Shown piece by piece: positions 1 to 9,473 of a DNA stretch of 64,000 nt. A program made the position numbers and the translations under genes. Source of the stretch: an uncultured Alphaproteobacteria bacterium. Its GTDB lineage: Bacteria > Pseudomonadota > Alphaproteobacteria > Rs-D84. Positions within the stretch are counted from its first letter, which is position 1; the number at the start of each line of letters is the position of its first letter. The stretch lies in assembly GCA_944392595.1 (NCBI GenBank), contig CALXXD010000001.1:3008-67007 (forward strand), given 5' to 3'. The notes beneath the pieces are model-generated. The model made no database searches. It was not told the DNA's origin and saw nothing but the letters and a program-made list of their open reading frames with translations.

Positions 1-1266
1 CAATCTGCGGCGTTGGCCGGTATATCGGCGGATTTGTTGGCGCGTGAACAAATTTCTGGCCAAATTTTGACCAAGGTTGAAAATGCAGAAAATGCGCTAA
101 AACGTGCCCAGGCCGCAATGAATACCGCGTTTGAATATGCGGGGTGCGATTCCACGGGCAGTAATTGCACCGGCCCAAAACGTGTTTCTGTATTTAAAGA
201 CAAGGCAATGGAATTTTTCGACCCATACAATGATGTGTTGGATGAATTGTATGACGGGTTAATTTTGGCACAATCGGTTGGTGTTGATATCACAGATATT
301 TATATGATGTTGAACGGCACATGCAATGCGTGGGGCCAATACCTGTGTGCCGAAGGCCAGGTTATGCACTATACATCTAAAAATTGTCAAAATGGAAAAT
401 CTGTTCCGGTTGAATCCGGCGGTGGCACGGTGTTTGGTGGCGCAGATTGCAAACCGGGCCAGGTTGTGCCCATGTCCGACGGTGGGTGCCAATTAATAAA
501 AATGTTAACCAGTGATGAAGAGGTTCAACGTAATTGGTTATACCCCGAAACGGGCACCGGTGGTGTTCAGGTTCGTGTTGGTTGTGCGTCCGAGGCCCTG
601 GATAATTCATTCCTGTTCCGTAACCGTAAAAAGCAGGCGGATATAGACATTGAAACACTGCAACGCATAATTGAACAGGACGCCCCCACATATTATGGCA
701 GTAATATATGGTCAAATTCGCAAACGACCCCAGAAAATGATGGTATTATATATTGTGCGGTTGGTGCCGAAACATATAACGATTTACGCACATTGGCCGG
801 ATTAAGGGAATTACCAGACAGGGTGTGTGTTGATAAAACGGAAATGGCAGATATAGCAACAAGCGGGGTGCCAATTTCAAGTACGATTGGTGAATCCACA
901 TATGGTGCCCAGGAAAGATGCCGTCCTGTACAGGGTACAGAATACAAGAAATGTTTATGCACTGATTCTACGTCTGACAGATTCGCTGAGTGGGACGATG
1001 CGGCCGGTGTGTGTAAATGCCTGAATGGTGACGATTTGTCATTTGATTATAATACATTGCAATGCGTTAAGGATTCTGAAAACACCGCCAGATCACCAAG
1101 CAATCGAACAAACGTATCTGGATTTAGGTATTCTGGTTTTGAGTGTGTGCAAACGGGTGGTACAACAGACTTTTTAAACGGTTTGTGTAAATGTGGTAAT
1201 GATATATACAATCCATTTTACCAACGGTGCAATAACAATAACATTCAATATACTTTTAAAATATGA
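1..1266 (+). CDS. Cysteine-rich secreted/surface protein, C-terminal part (ORF is open at the left window edge)
   Basis: Frame 1 is open from nt 1 (QSAALAGISADLL...), so the TTG at nt 13 is probably not the real start. The protein has many paired Cys residues and an EGF-like C-x-C spacing near the C-terminus (CLCTDST...CKCLNGDD...CKCGND). Its stop overlaps the next start (ATGA at 1263-1266). Confidence 0.55.
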   Translation, partial: QSAALAGISADLLAREQISGQILTKVENAENALKRAQAAMNTAFEYAGCDSTGSNCTGPKRVSVFKDKAMEFFDPYNDVLDELYDGLILAQSVGVDITDIYMMLNGTCNAWGQYLCAEGQVMHYTSKNCQNGKSVPVESGGGTVFGGADCKPGQVVPMSDGGCQLIKMLTSDEEVQRNWLYPETGTGGVQVRVGCASEALDNSFLFRNRKKQADIDIETLQRIIEQDAPTYYGSNIWSNSQTTPENDGIIYCAVGAETYNDLRTLAGLRELPDRVCVDKTEMADIATSGVPISSTIGESTYGAQERCRPVQGTEYKKCLCTDSTSDRFAEWDDAAGVCKCLNGDDLSFDYNTLQCVKDSENTARSPSNRTNVSGFRYSGFECVQTGGTTDFLNGLCKCGNDIYNPFYQRCNNNNIQYTFKI

Positions 1267-2045
1267 AATCAAAATGTGGCATTTTAACAGTTATTTTATT
1301 CGGCACAGCAATTCTGTCCAATGATGTTTTTGCTGCGTCCAGTAACGGTTGTGATAACGCGGACAATAATTATATCACACCTGAATTGGCATTATGCAGT
1401 ACGCATGTTTACAATATTGGCAAAACAACAAATCAGGACAGTGCATCTGTTAAACAGGCCATGCGTGACGTTGTTGCGTTAAAATCCACCATAATGATGC
1501 AACAGATGTATAAACAGTATCAATACCTGGACGCCACATTAAGCAGACTAAAAACCCAATTGGAGCGCGAAATTTTAACATCCAAGCTCGAGGCCGCCGG
1601 CGCAACTTCGTCATCTTCTGGTTCGTCTGGGGGGGCAATTTCCGGCAATAACGGCGTTGTTGGTGCGGAAAATTGTATGACGGCTGGATTGACCGAAGAT
1701 GTTATGAATTGTTTATCACGTAATTTGGAACGCATAGCGTCTGCGATTAATGGTTCGGATATTGGCGCGGCAAAACGTCAAATTGAAACAGATTTAATGG
1801 CGTTACAGATGTATGATAAGTTAGAGAAGACGGACAAATGCCACGTCACTGAAAATAATAAACAGGTAACCAAACAATTGTCTGCATCGCTGTGTAAGAC
1901 AACCCAGAGGTGTCAAAACGCGGCAAAAACGAATAACAGACAAACTATGACAGAATGTGTGAATTTAATGCGTGTTTGTATAACCCAGAATATCGAACAA
2001 TTACAAAATCAAAACCGCGGTATGTACAGTCCGTACATGCGTTAA
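1263..2045 (+). CDS. Hypothetical secreted protein with signal peptide, coiled-coil and Cys pairs
   Basis: The N-terminus MKSKCGILTVILFGTAILSNDVFA|ASS looks like a Sec signal peptide. The gene is translationally coupled to the upstream Cys-rich ORF and is followed by a terminator. Confidence 0.6.
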   Translation: MKSKCGILTVILFGTAILSNDVFAASSNGCDNADNNYITPELALCSTHVYNIGKTTNQDSASVKQAMRDVVALKSTIMMQQMYKQYQYLDATLSRLKTQLEREILTSKLEAAGATSSSSGSSGGAISGNNGVVGAENCMTAGLTEDVMNCLSRNLERIASAINGSDIGAAKRQIETDLMALQMYDKLEKTDKCHVTENNKQVTKQLSASLCKTTQRCQNAAKTNNRQTMTECVNLMRVCITQNIEQLQNQNRGMYSPYMR

Positions 2046-2080
2046 GTTTTGTTGTTTGCAAATTTTCGTAAAATGTAAAT

Positions 2081-2110
2081 AAAAAAACGCCCCGAATGGG
2101 GCGTTTGTTA
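2081..2110. terminator. Bidirectional intrinsic terminator between convergent genes
   Basis: Hairpin acgcccc-gaat-ggggcgt is flanked by an A-run and a T-rich run. It lies between the stop at 2045 (+) and the stop at 2108 (-). Confidence 0.7.
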
Positions 2111-3007
2111 AAACCGATACATAAATCCAATTTTTACCATCGGATAAAATGTCAGTTTGTTCAACTCTTCCTGGGCTTCGGCCAATGCTTGGTTTTTTGC
2201 ACTTTCCAATTCGTCGACATCAACATCTTGCCACGCGTTTCCTTCCCGTACCTGTAATCCGGTGGGCGGGATGTCCAATGCGATACTGGGCGCGCGATTG
2301 GTAAATACTACACCGGCATCAAAATAAATTTTGAATCCGGCAAATAAACCCAAATCAAACCCAGTCCCCAGGTATGGACCATGATAACTCCAATCCAGGC
2401 CGGCGGTTGCGTTCATTTCGCCACCTTTGTATTGGTAATCTTTACCGTCCAAACTGAATGAAAAATCACCAATTTCTTCGCCGGTTAATTTTGCAGAAAT
2501 ATCCATATTGCCGAAATAATAACCGCCGCTTATGCGCCATCCGCCCAAGAACCAAGTATCCCCAAACGGATAAAAATCAATCAAAGCGGCAACATGATAT
2601 GCGTCAATTGCGCCGTCTGTTATCATCATTCCGTCGCCCAATTCCATCCCGTCGCCCATTACGGCATCTATACCGGAATCAATCAGAGAATTTATCGGCG
2701 CAGTTGTTGCAAAATCCAACCGTACCCCAAACCGTTTCCACCAAAAAGAATCAAAGTTTTTATTGGCATATCCAACAAAGCCGTTCAGACCACTGGTGGC
2801 GGAAACGCCAACACCAATTTGCAGCCCGTGCGGAAATTTTATATCCGGATTCGTTGTATCAGTATTCAATGCGACCGGTTCAGCATCCGCAACTTCAACA
2901 ATTTCGGCATCGGTTGTTGAAATTTTTTCTTCGGCCAGTTCTGCATCAGTTGCGAATGCAGGCGTAACCAGCACCGACAATATTGCGATAACAGACAGTT
3001 TTTTCAT
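2108..3007 (-). CDS. Outer-membrane beta-barrel protein (OmpW/porin-like, unassigned family)
   Basis: Signal peptide MKKLSVIAILSVLVTPAFA|TD, alternating Gly/aromatic beta-strand pattern and C-terminal ...GFMYRF (terminal Phe, typical of BAM substrates). An AGGGGGA RBS precedes the ATG at 3007. The longer ORF start at 3028 has no RBS. Confidence 0.65.
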   Translation of the reverse strand: MKKLSVIAILSVLVTPAFATDAELAEEKISTTDAEIVEVADAEPVALNTDTTNPDIKFPHGLQIGVGVSATSGLNGFVGYANKNFDSFWWKRFGVRLDFATTAPINSLIDSGIDAVMGDGMELGDGMMITDGAIDAYHVAALIDFYPFGDTWFLGGWRISGGYYFGNMDISAKLTGEEIGDFSFSLDGKDYQYKGGEMNATAGLDWSYHGPYLGTGFDLGLFAGFKIYFDAGVVFTNRAPSIALDIPPTGLQVREGNAWQDVDVDELESAKNQALAEAQEELNKLTFYPMVKIGFMYRF

Positions 3008-3116
3008 GTGTCCCCCTTTGGTTTTCAAAATTATACCAAATTATGGAATACATTCATAATAAAAACTGAATAAATTTATATACAAAAACGCTTTATTTTG
3101 TGATATTATTCAAAAT

Positions 3117-4466
3117 ATGAAAACCAGAATCTTTATTTTTTCGTCTTTGCTGTGTTTATGCGGGACGAATATTGCGACTGCGTCCGAATGTATCGGGCCT
3201 GGTTGCTATGAAATTACCCCCGCGCCGGCGGCGGAATCGTTGGTGTTAAATGCGGGACCTGTGATGTCTGCGCCGGCCGATATGCGCGCGCAAATGCCTG
3301 GGTATATTTATCCTGCGCCAGAACCCATGCGTTCGGTAAAGTTGTTGTCGATAAAGCCTGTGCCGGATGATAATCGCGAACCTGTTTGGGACGGAACGGT
3401 TGGCAATTACGATCCGCGCGGATACGACAAAACGGTCGATTGGCGCGATGGCGTGCCGATTTGGGATGATTCTGTATCCAGTTACAAGTATAAAGATTAC
3501 ACAGATTGGTTTCTGCAACCGATGCCGGAATTATATATACGCAATCCAGATACCCCATACGAACCTGTGGCGACTGTGGTTGCGGAAAATCCCGTTAATC
3601 CAGACGAAATAAACGTTGTTGATTTGTATAAACAAAATATGGCTGATGCGGCCGCCACGCGCGCACGCGTCGAAGAATTATTGTCGCCGAAAAAGCCATC
3701 TGGGAATTTGTGGGCGGATAACGATACGGGCGTTTTAAGCATAACAAATGAACAAAATACCACGATTGTGGATAATGCGCCGTGCCAGAATATAGCATTG
3801 CCCGCGCCGCGCCCTGAATATGTTGCCCAAGATTTAACAGAATTGGTGACCGTGACATTTGGCCGTGCAGATGGTTGTCCGTTTGACAGCGATACAGAAT
3901 GCGAAATTTGGCGCAGAAAGCCCATTATTCGCGAAACTGTTTCCCCGCGCAGTCCGCGTATTCGCGCCGATAAGTTGGCTGGTTTCTTGGCCGCGGCCCA
4001 GTGTGATGAGGATATTACAGCCAATCATCCTTTGGCTGCGCCATTGCTGGAACGGTATAAAATGCTGATGGGGTCTGCGAATGCGTGCTGTACGGATGGA
4101 ATGGCGTATGCATTAAAGCGCGCGGGTGCATCAGACGGGCTGGTGTATAAATTTATGTCTGATGACGCGAATTTCTATGGTTTTGGGGCGCGCTGTTTAA
4201 TGATGACAGACAGCGAATTGGATAAAAAATATCCCAATACGGCCACCGCGGCCGTTGCGGCGGACGTTCGCAATGGTTGCCTGTGCCGTGGGCGTCAGTG
4301 GTTTTACGCCATGCTTGCCCCGTTCCAGCAGGCATACGCCGCGTTCCCAGAATTCCGGGATTACAAGTTTAATTATACATACGTCGATGGCCTGCAACGT
4401 GAAATAACTGTGTCGGTCAATAACGACGTACAAAATGTATTAAAACAATTGGCGTTATGCCCATAA
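3117..4466 (+). CDS. Cysteine-rich secreted protein (paralogous family member?)
   Basis: Signal peptide MKTRIFIFSSLLCLCGTNIATA|SE and multiple Cys pairs in the C-terminal half (ANACCTDG..., GCLCRG). A TATTAT -10 box lies 7 nt upstream of the ATG. Confidence 0.6.
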   Translation: MKTRIFIFSSLLCLCGTNIATASECIGPGCYEITPAPAAESLVLNAGPVMSAPADMRAQMPGYIYPAPEPMRSVKLLSIKPVPDDNREPVWDGTVGNYDPRGYDKTVDWRDGVPIWDDSVSSYKYKDYTDWFLQPMPELYIRNPDTPYEPVATVVAENPVNPDEINVVDLYKQNMADAAATRARVEELLSPKKPSGNLWADNDTGVLSITNEQNTTIVDNAPCQNIALPAPRPEYVAQDLTELVTVTFGRADGCPFDSDTECEIWRRKPIIRETVSPRSPRIRADKLAGFLAAAQCDEDITANHPLAAPLLERYKMLMGSANACCTDGMAYALKRAGASDGLVYKFMSDDANFYGFGARCLMMTDSELDKKYPNTATAAVAADVRNGCLCRGRQWFYAMLAPFQQAYAAFPEFRDYKFNYTYVDGLQREITVSVNNDVQNVLKQLALCP

Positions 4467-4468
4467 CA

Positions 4469-4492
4469 AACGCCCCGCTGGGGCGTTTTTTT
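4469..4492 (+). terminator. Intrinsic terminator
   Basis: Hairpin acgcccc-gct-ggggcgt followed by a T7 run, directly after the stop at 4466. Confidence 0.75.
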
Positions 4493-4535
4493 ATGTGATA
4501 AATTCTGTTTTTGTTGAAATTTTTATGCAAAAGGC

Positions 4536-4563
4536 TTGACTTTTGATAAAAAAATGATACTTT
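4536..4563 (+). promoter_or_regulatory. Candidate sigma70 promoter of rplU-rpmA
   Basis: TTGACT, 16 nt spacer, then TG-a-TACTTT (extended -10), about 50 nt upstream of rplU. Confidence 0.4.
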
Positions 4564-4614
4564 TGTAGAAAACTTTGAACAAAACGAACAAGAACAATAA
4601 CAAGAGAAAGAGAT

Positions 4615-4914
4615 ATGAGCAACATTGCAATCTTTCAAACCGGCGGCAAACAATATCGCGTGAAAACGGGTGACATTGTAAAGGTTGAACGCCTGAATGC
4701 CGACGGCACGGTCGAATTTGACCAGGTTTTAATGCTGGACGACAAAATCGGCACACCGTTTATCGACGGCGCGCGCGTAGTGGCCCAGGTTGTAGAACAA
4801 AAACGCGGTGACAAAGTTTTGGTGTTCAAGAAAAAACGCCGTCAAAACTATCGTCGTACTCGCGGCCATCGCCAGTATATCACTGTGTTAAAAATTACGG
4901 AAATCAAGGGATAA
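4615..4914 (+). CDS. rplU: 50S ribosomal protein L21
   Basis: [27 protein letters not shown]... is a typical L21 N-terminus. The GAGAAAGAG RBS and conserved rplU-rpmA pairing support the call. Confidence 0.95.
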   Translation: MSNIAIFQTGGKQYRVKTGDIVKVERLNADGTVEFDQVLMLDDKIGTPFIDGARVVAQVVEQKRGDKVLVFKKKRRQNYRRTRGHRQYITVLKITEIKG

Positions 4915-4938
4915 TCCCCGGATATAAGGAGTTTAATT

Positions 4939-5205
4939 ATGGCACATAAGAAAGCAGGTTCGGCAACCACCAATGGACGCGATTCCGCGGGACGTCGTTT
5001 GGGCGTAAAAAAATCCGGTGGCAGCCGTGTTATCGCCGGCAACATCATTATTCGCCAACGTGGAACGGCGGTTCATCCCGGCCTGAACGTCGGTATGGGC
5101 AAAGACCACACACTGTTCGCGAAAATTGCGGGCGTTGTGAAATTCAAACGTGGTCTGGGCGATCGGAAAACAGTTTCCGTCATACCAGAAGACGAAGCGA
5201 AATAA
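4939..5205 (+). CDS. rpmA: 50S ribosomal protein L27
   Basis: [28 protein letters not shown]... is a canonical L27 N-terminus. An AAGGAG RBS is present. Confidence 0.95.
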   Translation: MAHKKAGSATTNGRDSAGRRLGVKKSGGSRVIAGNIIIRQRGTAVHPGLNVGMGKDHTLFAKIAGVVKFKRGLGDRKTVSVIPEDEAK

Positions 5206-5230
5206 AAAACGGGGCATCGCCCCGTTTTTT
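5205..5230 (+). terminator. Intrinsic terminator after rpmA
   Basis: aaaaaacggggc-atc-gccccgtttttt. Confidence 0.8.
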
Positions 5231-5599
5231 AGTTACTGGGTTACTCGTGACTCGTATCCCCACCCCCCGTCGCGCGGGGCGCGCCACCCCCCGCCCCCAC
5301 AAATAACCACCCACGCAAACTTTGTTTGCGCGGGGCCCGGTGTGGGGCGGTGGGCATTGGCGTGTTCTCGTCACGGGGATATGTTGCCCACGATATGGGC
5401 GATGGATAACAGACCACCCCGGCCCAAACACCCACGAAAATTGCATTTTCGCGGGGCCCGGTATCGTGCCACCCCTCCATAGAGGGGAACCTAGACCGTA
5501 CCGTCGCGGAAAAAAGTTCCCCTCTGCGGAGGGGTGCCCGATACCGCGCCCTGCGCGCGGGGGTGGTACGAGTAACTAGTAACGAGTCACGAGTAACTA
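5231..5599. repeat. Mosaic palindromic repeat cluster A (MITE/REP-like, bounded by inverted GTTACTCGT-type ends)
   Basis: The left end agttactgggttactcgtgactcgta and right end tacgagtaactagtaacgagtcacgagtaact are imperfect inverted repeats. The internal modules recur at 8.4-9.5 kb, 15.8-16.2 kb and 24.9-25.9 kb. These modules are ccccaccccccgtcgcgcggggcgcg..., gtgggcattggcgtgttctcgtcacgggg...tgcccac and cacccctcc-n4-ggaggggaac. Confidence 0.8.
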
Positions 5600-5627
5600 A
5601 AACGCCCCGGTGGGGCGTTTTTTTTAT
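5599..5627. terminator. Bidirectional terminator hairpin (serves the 870-aa gene on the minus strand)
   Basis: aaaacgcccc-ggt-ggggcgtttttttt overlaps the stop codon at 5624. Confidence 0.7.
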
Positions 5628-8236
5628 TCACCTGTACCTGGTTCTGGCTCGGGTTCTGGTTCTTGGACCAGGACACACGTGTTGCCCTGCAATTCATATC
5701 CGGTTCTGCATGCCGTTGGTGTGCAATCACCCCAAGACGATCCATTCCAAGTCTGTTCGGCCGCGGATGCATTTGTAACGTTACAATCACGTGTATTTGG
5801 CGTGCATTTGTTGGATTCAACATGTTCGTCAGCACCACATTTTACACACGTGCCATTTTGAACAATTGAATTTTTTTCTTCGCAAGACTGCAACACGCAC
5901 GGGCCCCATTTTTCATTAGAATAGGTTGAAGTGCCTGTACCGATAACTTTTCCATCTGCCGTGAAACTACACGTCTTTGTATTTGGTACGCACATACCAT
6001 CCTCGTTATGCGTTCCAGTCGGACATTCAGGAGAACCCCATTCGTTACGATTGCCGGTATCACCCGCGCGCCATGAACGGACGCCTTCGATATCGATGGA
6101 TTGCAGACATGCTTCGCGCATTGCAATCGAAGATCCAGACACTGCACCCGACGCATAGCCGCCATCCAAGATTTCAGACAGTGTGACGATATTACGGCAA
6201 GTATTCGTATCGATGTCGGTCGAATTATTGCACTGGCCATCGGAATCTTCTTTGTCGATAACAGCCTGTAATATATTGTTCGGTGCGCCGCAAATCATTT
6301 CTTCATAGCAATGCGGTACGTTGGACACCTGGGAACAATATGTTTTGATGCGGCTGGTGCTCCAATTCGTTTGAGACGATTCCTGGGTTGTATAACAATC
6401 GTACAATTCAGACAAACATTCGTTGAAATTGCTGCGTGCAGATGCATAGTCTGCCGCGATTGTATCTTGTTCTTCCTGGTAAAATTCCAAACGCTTTTGT
6501 TGCAGGGCCTGCTGTGCGGCAACCTTTTGATAACCGATGTTCTGGGCGGTTTCACTTAATTGTTCGCCATACGCATCACAGTCTGCATTCGCATCCAGCG
6601 CATATTGCTGCATAATGCTGCGACGTGCATCCGCCACCGGCCCACGCAAATCGGCATACGGGTCACCCGATGCAGATGTATATCCAAAACAGGTCGCAGA
6701 ATTCGACGAACTGTTTTCCTGGGGCGTAATGAATTCCAGACTATATTCGTCTGTATTATTTACAGTAATATAACTGTTGTAATTATACGGACAGTATGTG
6801 CGCCCATTTCCGCACTTGCGCTTATTGGCGGGTGTGCCGCAGGCCTCGTATATACCGTTAAAGCAAGAATCCAACACACGGTTACATACATTGTTATGTG
6901 CGTATTCGAACAATTCATATCCCCATGTTTCGGCCAAACGATCCGTCAATTTTTCGGAGTCTGATAAATAACCGCTGACGCCCGCCAAATTGCCGACGAT
7001 GTTTGTTAATTCGTCAAACGCGTTTATCACTGCATCATCATCAGTCACCAAAAGTGTCAGTGTTTCATTTTTGGCATCGGCCCAAGATTGCAATTGCGCC
7101 AAAATGTCACTGCCTGTACCATCCAGGTTACCTATGTCAAATCCGAAATTATTACCGCTTTCTTCGCAATAACTTGGCGGTGTTGAACGACTGCACGAAC
7201 CATCGAATATGGCATGTTCGGTACACCAATCACCAAATTCATCATCGGTTGCGGTGCCGTCTTTACTGGCCTCTTTCCACGATACGCAGTTCATAACCTT
7301 TTCAGCATCGGTTAATTGGAACGCCTGGCTTACATCTTTACCCTTGCTGGCGATTAACAATGCCAATTCACCGGACACAGTTATCAATTCTTCATTTGCC
7401 TTTTCCAGGGCGGCTTCGGCCTCGGCAAAGGCGCGAACACGACCTGCACACGCGCAACGACGCTGGGCTGCGTTACGTGCCGTGCAAATTTCGTCCATAC
7501 ATGCATAATATGATTCTTTGCAGTTATTATATGCCTCGGCAGAAATCAGGCCGGTTGAACTGTCGATAATATTCGAATAATTGCCGGTGTATAAAGCACT
7601 GGACAAATATGTGTATGTGTTGCTTGTTTTACTGCCGCGGATGGCACTGCCCTGTAATGATACACGGGATGGCGTTGTGGTTGTCGCACGCGAACGTACC
7701 GTACGCGACGTATTATTTGCCGCCACGCGGGAAACTGTATTCGTTGCCGTGCCACGCGATACCACGTTACGCGCGGTTGTTCCACGCGATGCAGACGTGG
7801 TTGGCGTGACACGCGACGCGGTTGCCGTCGCACGCCCAGACGCCGTCGGATTCGCACGCGATGTACCGGCCGTTGTACGCGATGCAGTTGTTGTCGCCAC
7901 ACGTGACGTGGTTGGCGTGGCAACCGTTCCACGCGATGTGGTCGTGCGCGACGCCACCCCACGTGAATTTACAACTGTATTACTTGTTGTGCCGCGCGAT
8001 ACAACGTTCGTTGAATTTCCACGCGACGTCACCGGCCGCGCCGATGCAGACCGCACATTCGTTCCATTACGCGGTGATTGAACGTTTGCCGTTGGCACAG
8101 TATAGGCGGGCGCAATCGGATCAGCCAACACCGCGCGCATCGACACCAATGTCGAACACACGAAAAATGCGCCGGCCAGCAAAAACACTGTCCCCATCGC
8201 ATTTTTGAAATTTTCTGCGAAATTATGGCGTTTCAT
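5624..8236 (-). CDS. Large secreted cysteine-rich protein with an N-terminal Arg/Ser/Thr-rich low-complexity tract
   Basis: GGGAGAG RBS and a signal/anchor segment (GTVFLLAGAFFVCSTLVSMRAVLA). About 150 aa consist of degenerate TSRG/VVSRG repeats. A long Cys-rich region follows (C-x6-8-C pairs), then C-terminal EGF-like repeats (C.PNT..C...W..WG.C....C) and an EPEPEPEP tail. Confidence 0.7.
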   Translation of the reverse strand: MKRHNFAENFKNAMGTVFLLAGAFFVCSTLVSMRAVLADPIAPAYTVPTANVQSPRNGTNVRSASARPVTSRGNSTNVVSRGTTSNTVVNSRGVASRTTTSRGTVATPTTSRVATTTASRTTAGTSRANPTASGRATATASRVTPTTSASRGTTARNVVSRGTATNTVSRVAANNTSRTVRSRATTTTPSRVSLQGSAIRGSKTSNTYTYLSSALYTGNYSNIIDSSTGLISAEAYNNCKESYYACMDEICTARNAAQRRCACAGRVRAFAEAEAALEKANEELITVSGELALLIASKGKDVSQAFQLTDAEKVMNCVSWKEASKDGTATDDEFGDWCTEHAIFDGSCSRSTPPSYCEESGNNFGFDIGNLDGTGSDILAQLQSWADAKNETLTLLVTDDDAVINAFDELTNIVGNLAGVSGYLSDSEKLTDRLAETWGYELFEYAHNNVCNRVLDSCFNGIYEACGTPANKRKCGNGRTYCPYNYNSYITVNNTDEYSLEFITPQENSSSNSATCFGYTSASGDPYADLRGPVADARRSIMQQYALDANADCDAYGEQLSETAQNIGYQKVAAQQALQQKRLEFYQEEQDTIAADYASARSNFNECLSELYDCYTTQESSQTNWSTSRIKTYCSQVSNVPHCYEEMICGAPNNILQAVIDKEDSDGQCNNSTDIDTNTCRNIVTLSEILDGGYASGAVSGSSIAMREACLQSIDIEGVRSWRAGDTGNRNEWGSPECPTGTHNEDGMCVPNTKTCSFTADGKVIGTGTSTYSNEKWGPCVLQSCEEKNSIVQNGTCVKCGADEHVESNKCTPNTRDCNVTNASAAEQTWNGSSWGDCTPTACRTGYELQGNTCVLVQEPEPEPEPGTGE

Positions 8237-8366
8237 TAAACTCTCCCTGTAATCCGGAAAAGCCCGGAAAACCCGATGTTTGGTGGCGTGACAGGCATGG
8301 ATTCACCCACCCATTTTATGTAATTATAGCATTTTTGCCGTGGTCTGTAAATAAGAAAACAGAGCG

Positions 8367-9473
8367 TTTACTGGTTACTCGTTACTCGTGACCACACCGC
8401 TGTCATTGCGAAGGAGCGCGAAACGTTGAAAACGTTGTCGTACGACTGTGGCAATCCAGTCATAATATGTCTGCGGGCATTCGCCCGCAGTGCTTTTTTA
8501 TTTACTGGATCGCCACGCTTCGCTCGCGATGACAATGGGGAGTAAGTAGATAATTACGCAGTCTCTTACCACCCCGGCGGCAAGCCGCCACCCCTCCAAT
8601 GGAGGGGAACTTGGTGCGTTCCCGTCGCGGTCTAAGTTACCCTTTACGACGGATGGGGGTGCTGACTCTCATACCGTTGCGGTCTAAGTTCCCCTCTGCG
8701 GAGGGGTGCCGCGAAGCGGCGGGGTGGTTTATCACCCGAAACTTCGGCGAAGGGCGAAAGACGAGTCACGAGTAACTTCCTTGTCATTGCGAAGGAGCGC
8801 GAAACGTTGAAAACGTTGTCGTACGACTGTGGCAATCCAGTCATAATATGTCTGCGGGCATTCGCCCGCAGTGCTTTTTTATTTACTGGATCGCCACGCT
8901 TCGCTCGCGATGACAATGGGGAGTAAGTAGATAATTACGCAGTCTCTTACCACCCCGGCGGCAAGCCGCCACCCCTCCAATGGAGGGGAACTTGGTGCGT
9001 TCCCGTCGCGGTCTAAGTTACCCTTTACGACGGATGGGGGTGCTGACTCTCATACCGTTGCGGTCTAAGTTCCCCTCTGCGGAGGGGTGCCGCGAAGCGG
9101 CGGGGTGGTTTATCACCCGAAACTTCGGCGAAGGGCGAAAGACGAGTCACGAGTAACTTCCTTGTCATTGCGAAGGAGCGCGAAACGTTGAAAACATTGG
9201 CGTACGACTGTGGCAATCAAGTCTTAATATGTCTGCGGGCGAATGCCCGCAGTGCTTTTTTATTTACTGGATCGCCACGCTTCGCTCGCGATGACAATGG
9301 GAAGTAAGTAGATAATTACGCAGTCTATTGCCACCCCACCCCCCGTCGCGCGGGGCGCGACACCCCCCGCCCCCACAGGGTGCGGTGGGCATTGGGGTGT
9401 TCCCATTGCAGGGTAAGTTACCCTATACGAAAGGACGAAATACGAGTAACGAGTTACGAGTAACAAGTAACAA
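8367..9473. repeat. Mosaic palindromic repeat cluster B
   Basis: Built from the same modules as clusters A, C and D. It starts with ttactggttactcgttactcgtgac and ends with acgagtaacgagttacgagtaacaagtaac. Confidence 0.85.
8401..9300. repeat. 381-bp tandem repeat: two apparently identical copies plus a diverged partial third copy
   Basis: tgtcattgcgaaggagcgcg starts at 8401, 8782 and 9163, giving a period of 381. The spurious ORFs 8644..8916 and 9025..9216 translate to the same 63 aa. Confidence 0.85.

Noticed and set aside
5150-5861. Multiple overlapping Pro/Gly/Arg-rich ORFs in both strands across repeat cluster A. Equivalent ORFs occur at 8644..9687, 15879..16361 and 24834..25948.
   Set aside because: They are translations of GC-rich palindromic repeat modules. 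The same peptides recur wherever a module recurs, in both orientations, without RBSs. The ORFs overlap each other and also overlap terminators.
7546-8208. Long antisense ORFs (138, 166 and 128 aa) opposite the 870-aa gene.
   Set aside because: They are confined to the degenerate GC-rich repeat tract encoding the Arg/Ser/Thr region, so stop-free antisense frames are expected. They lack RBSs, and the sense ORF is continuous for 870 aa.
8367-9473. Possible CRISPR array, because of regularly recurring sequence.
   Set aside because: The period is 381 bp, and the recurring unit is the whole composite element rather than a short repeat separated by unique spacers. No cas genes are present.
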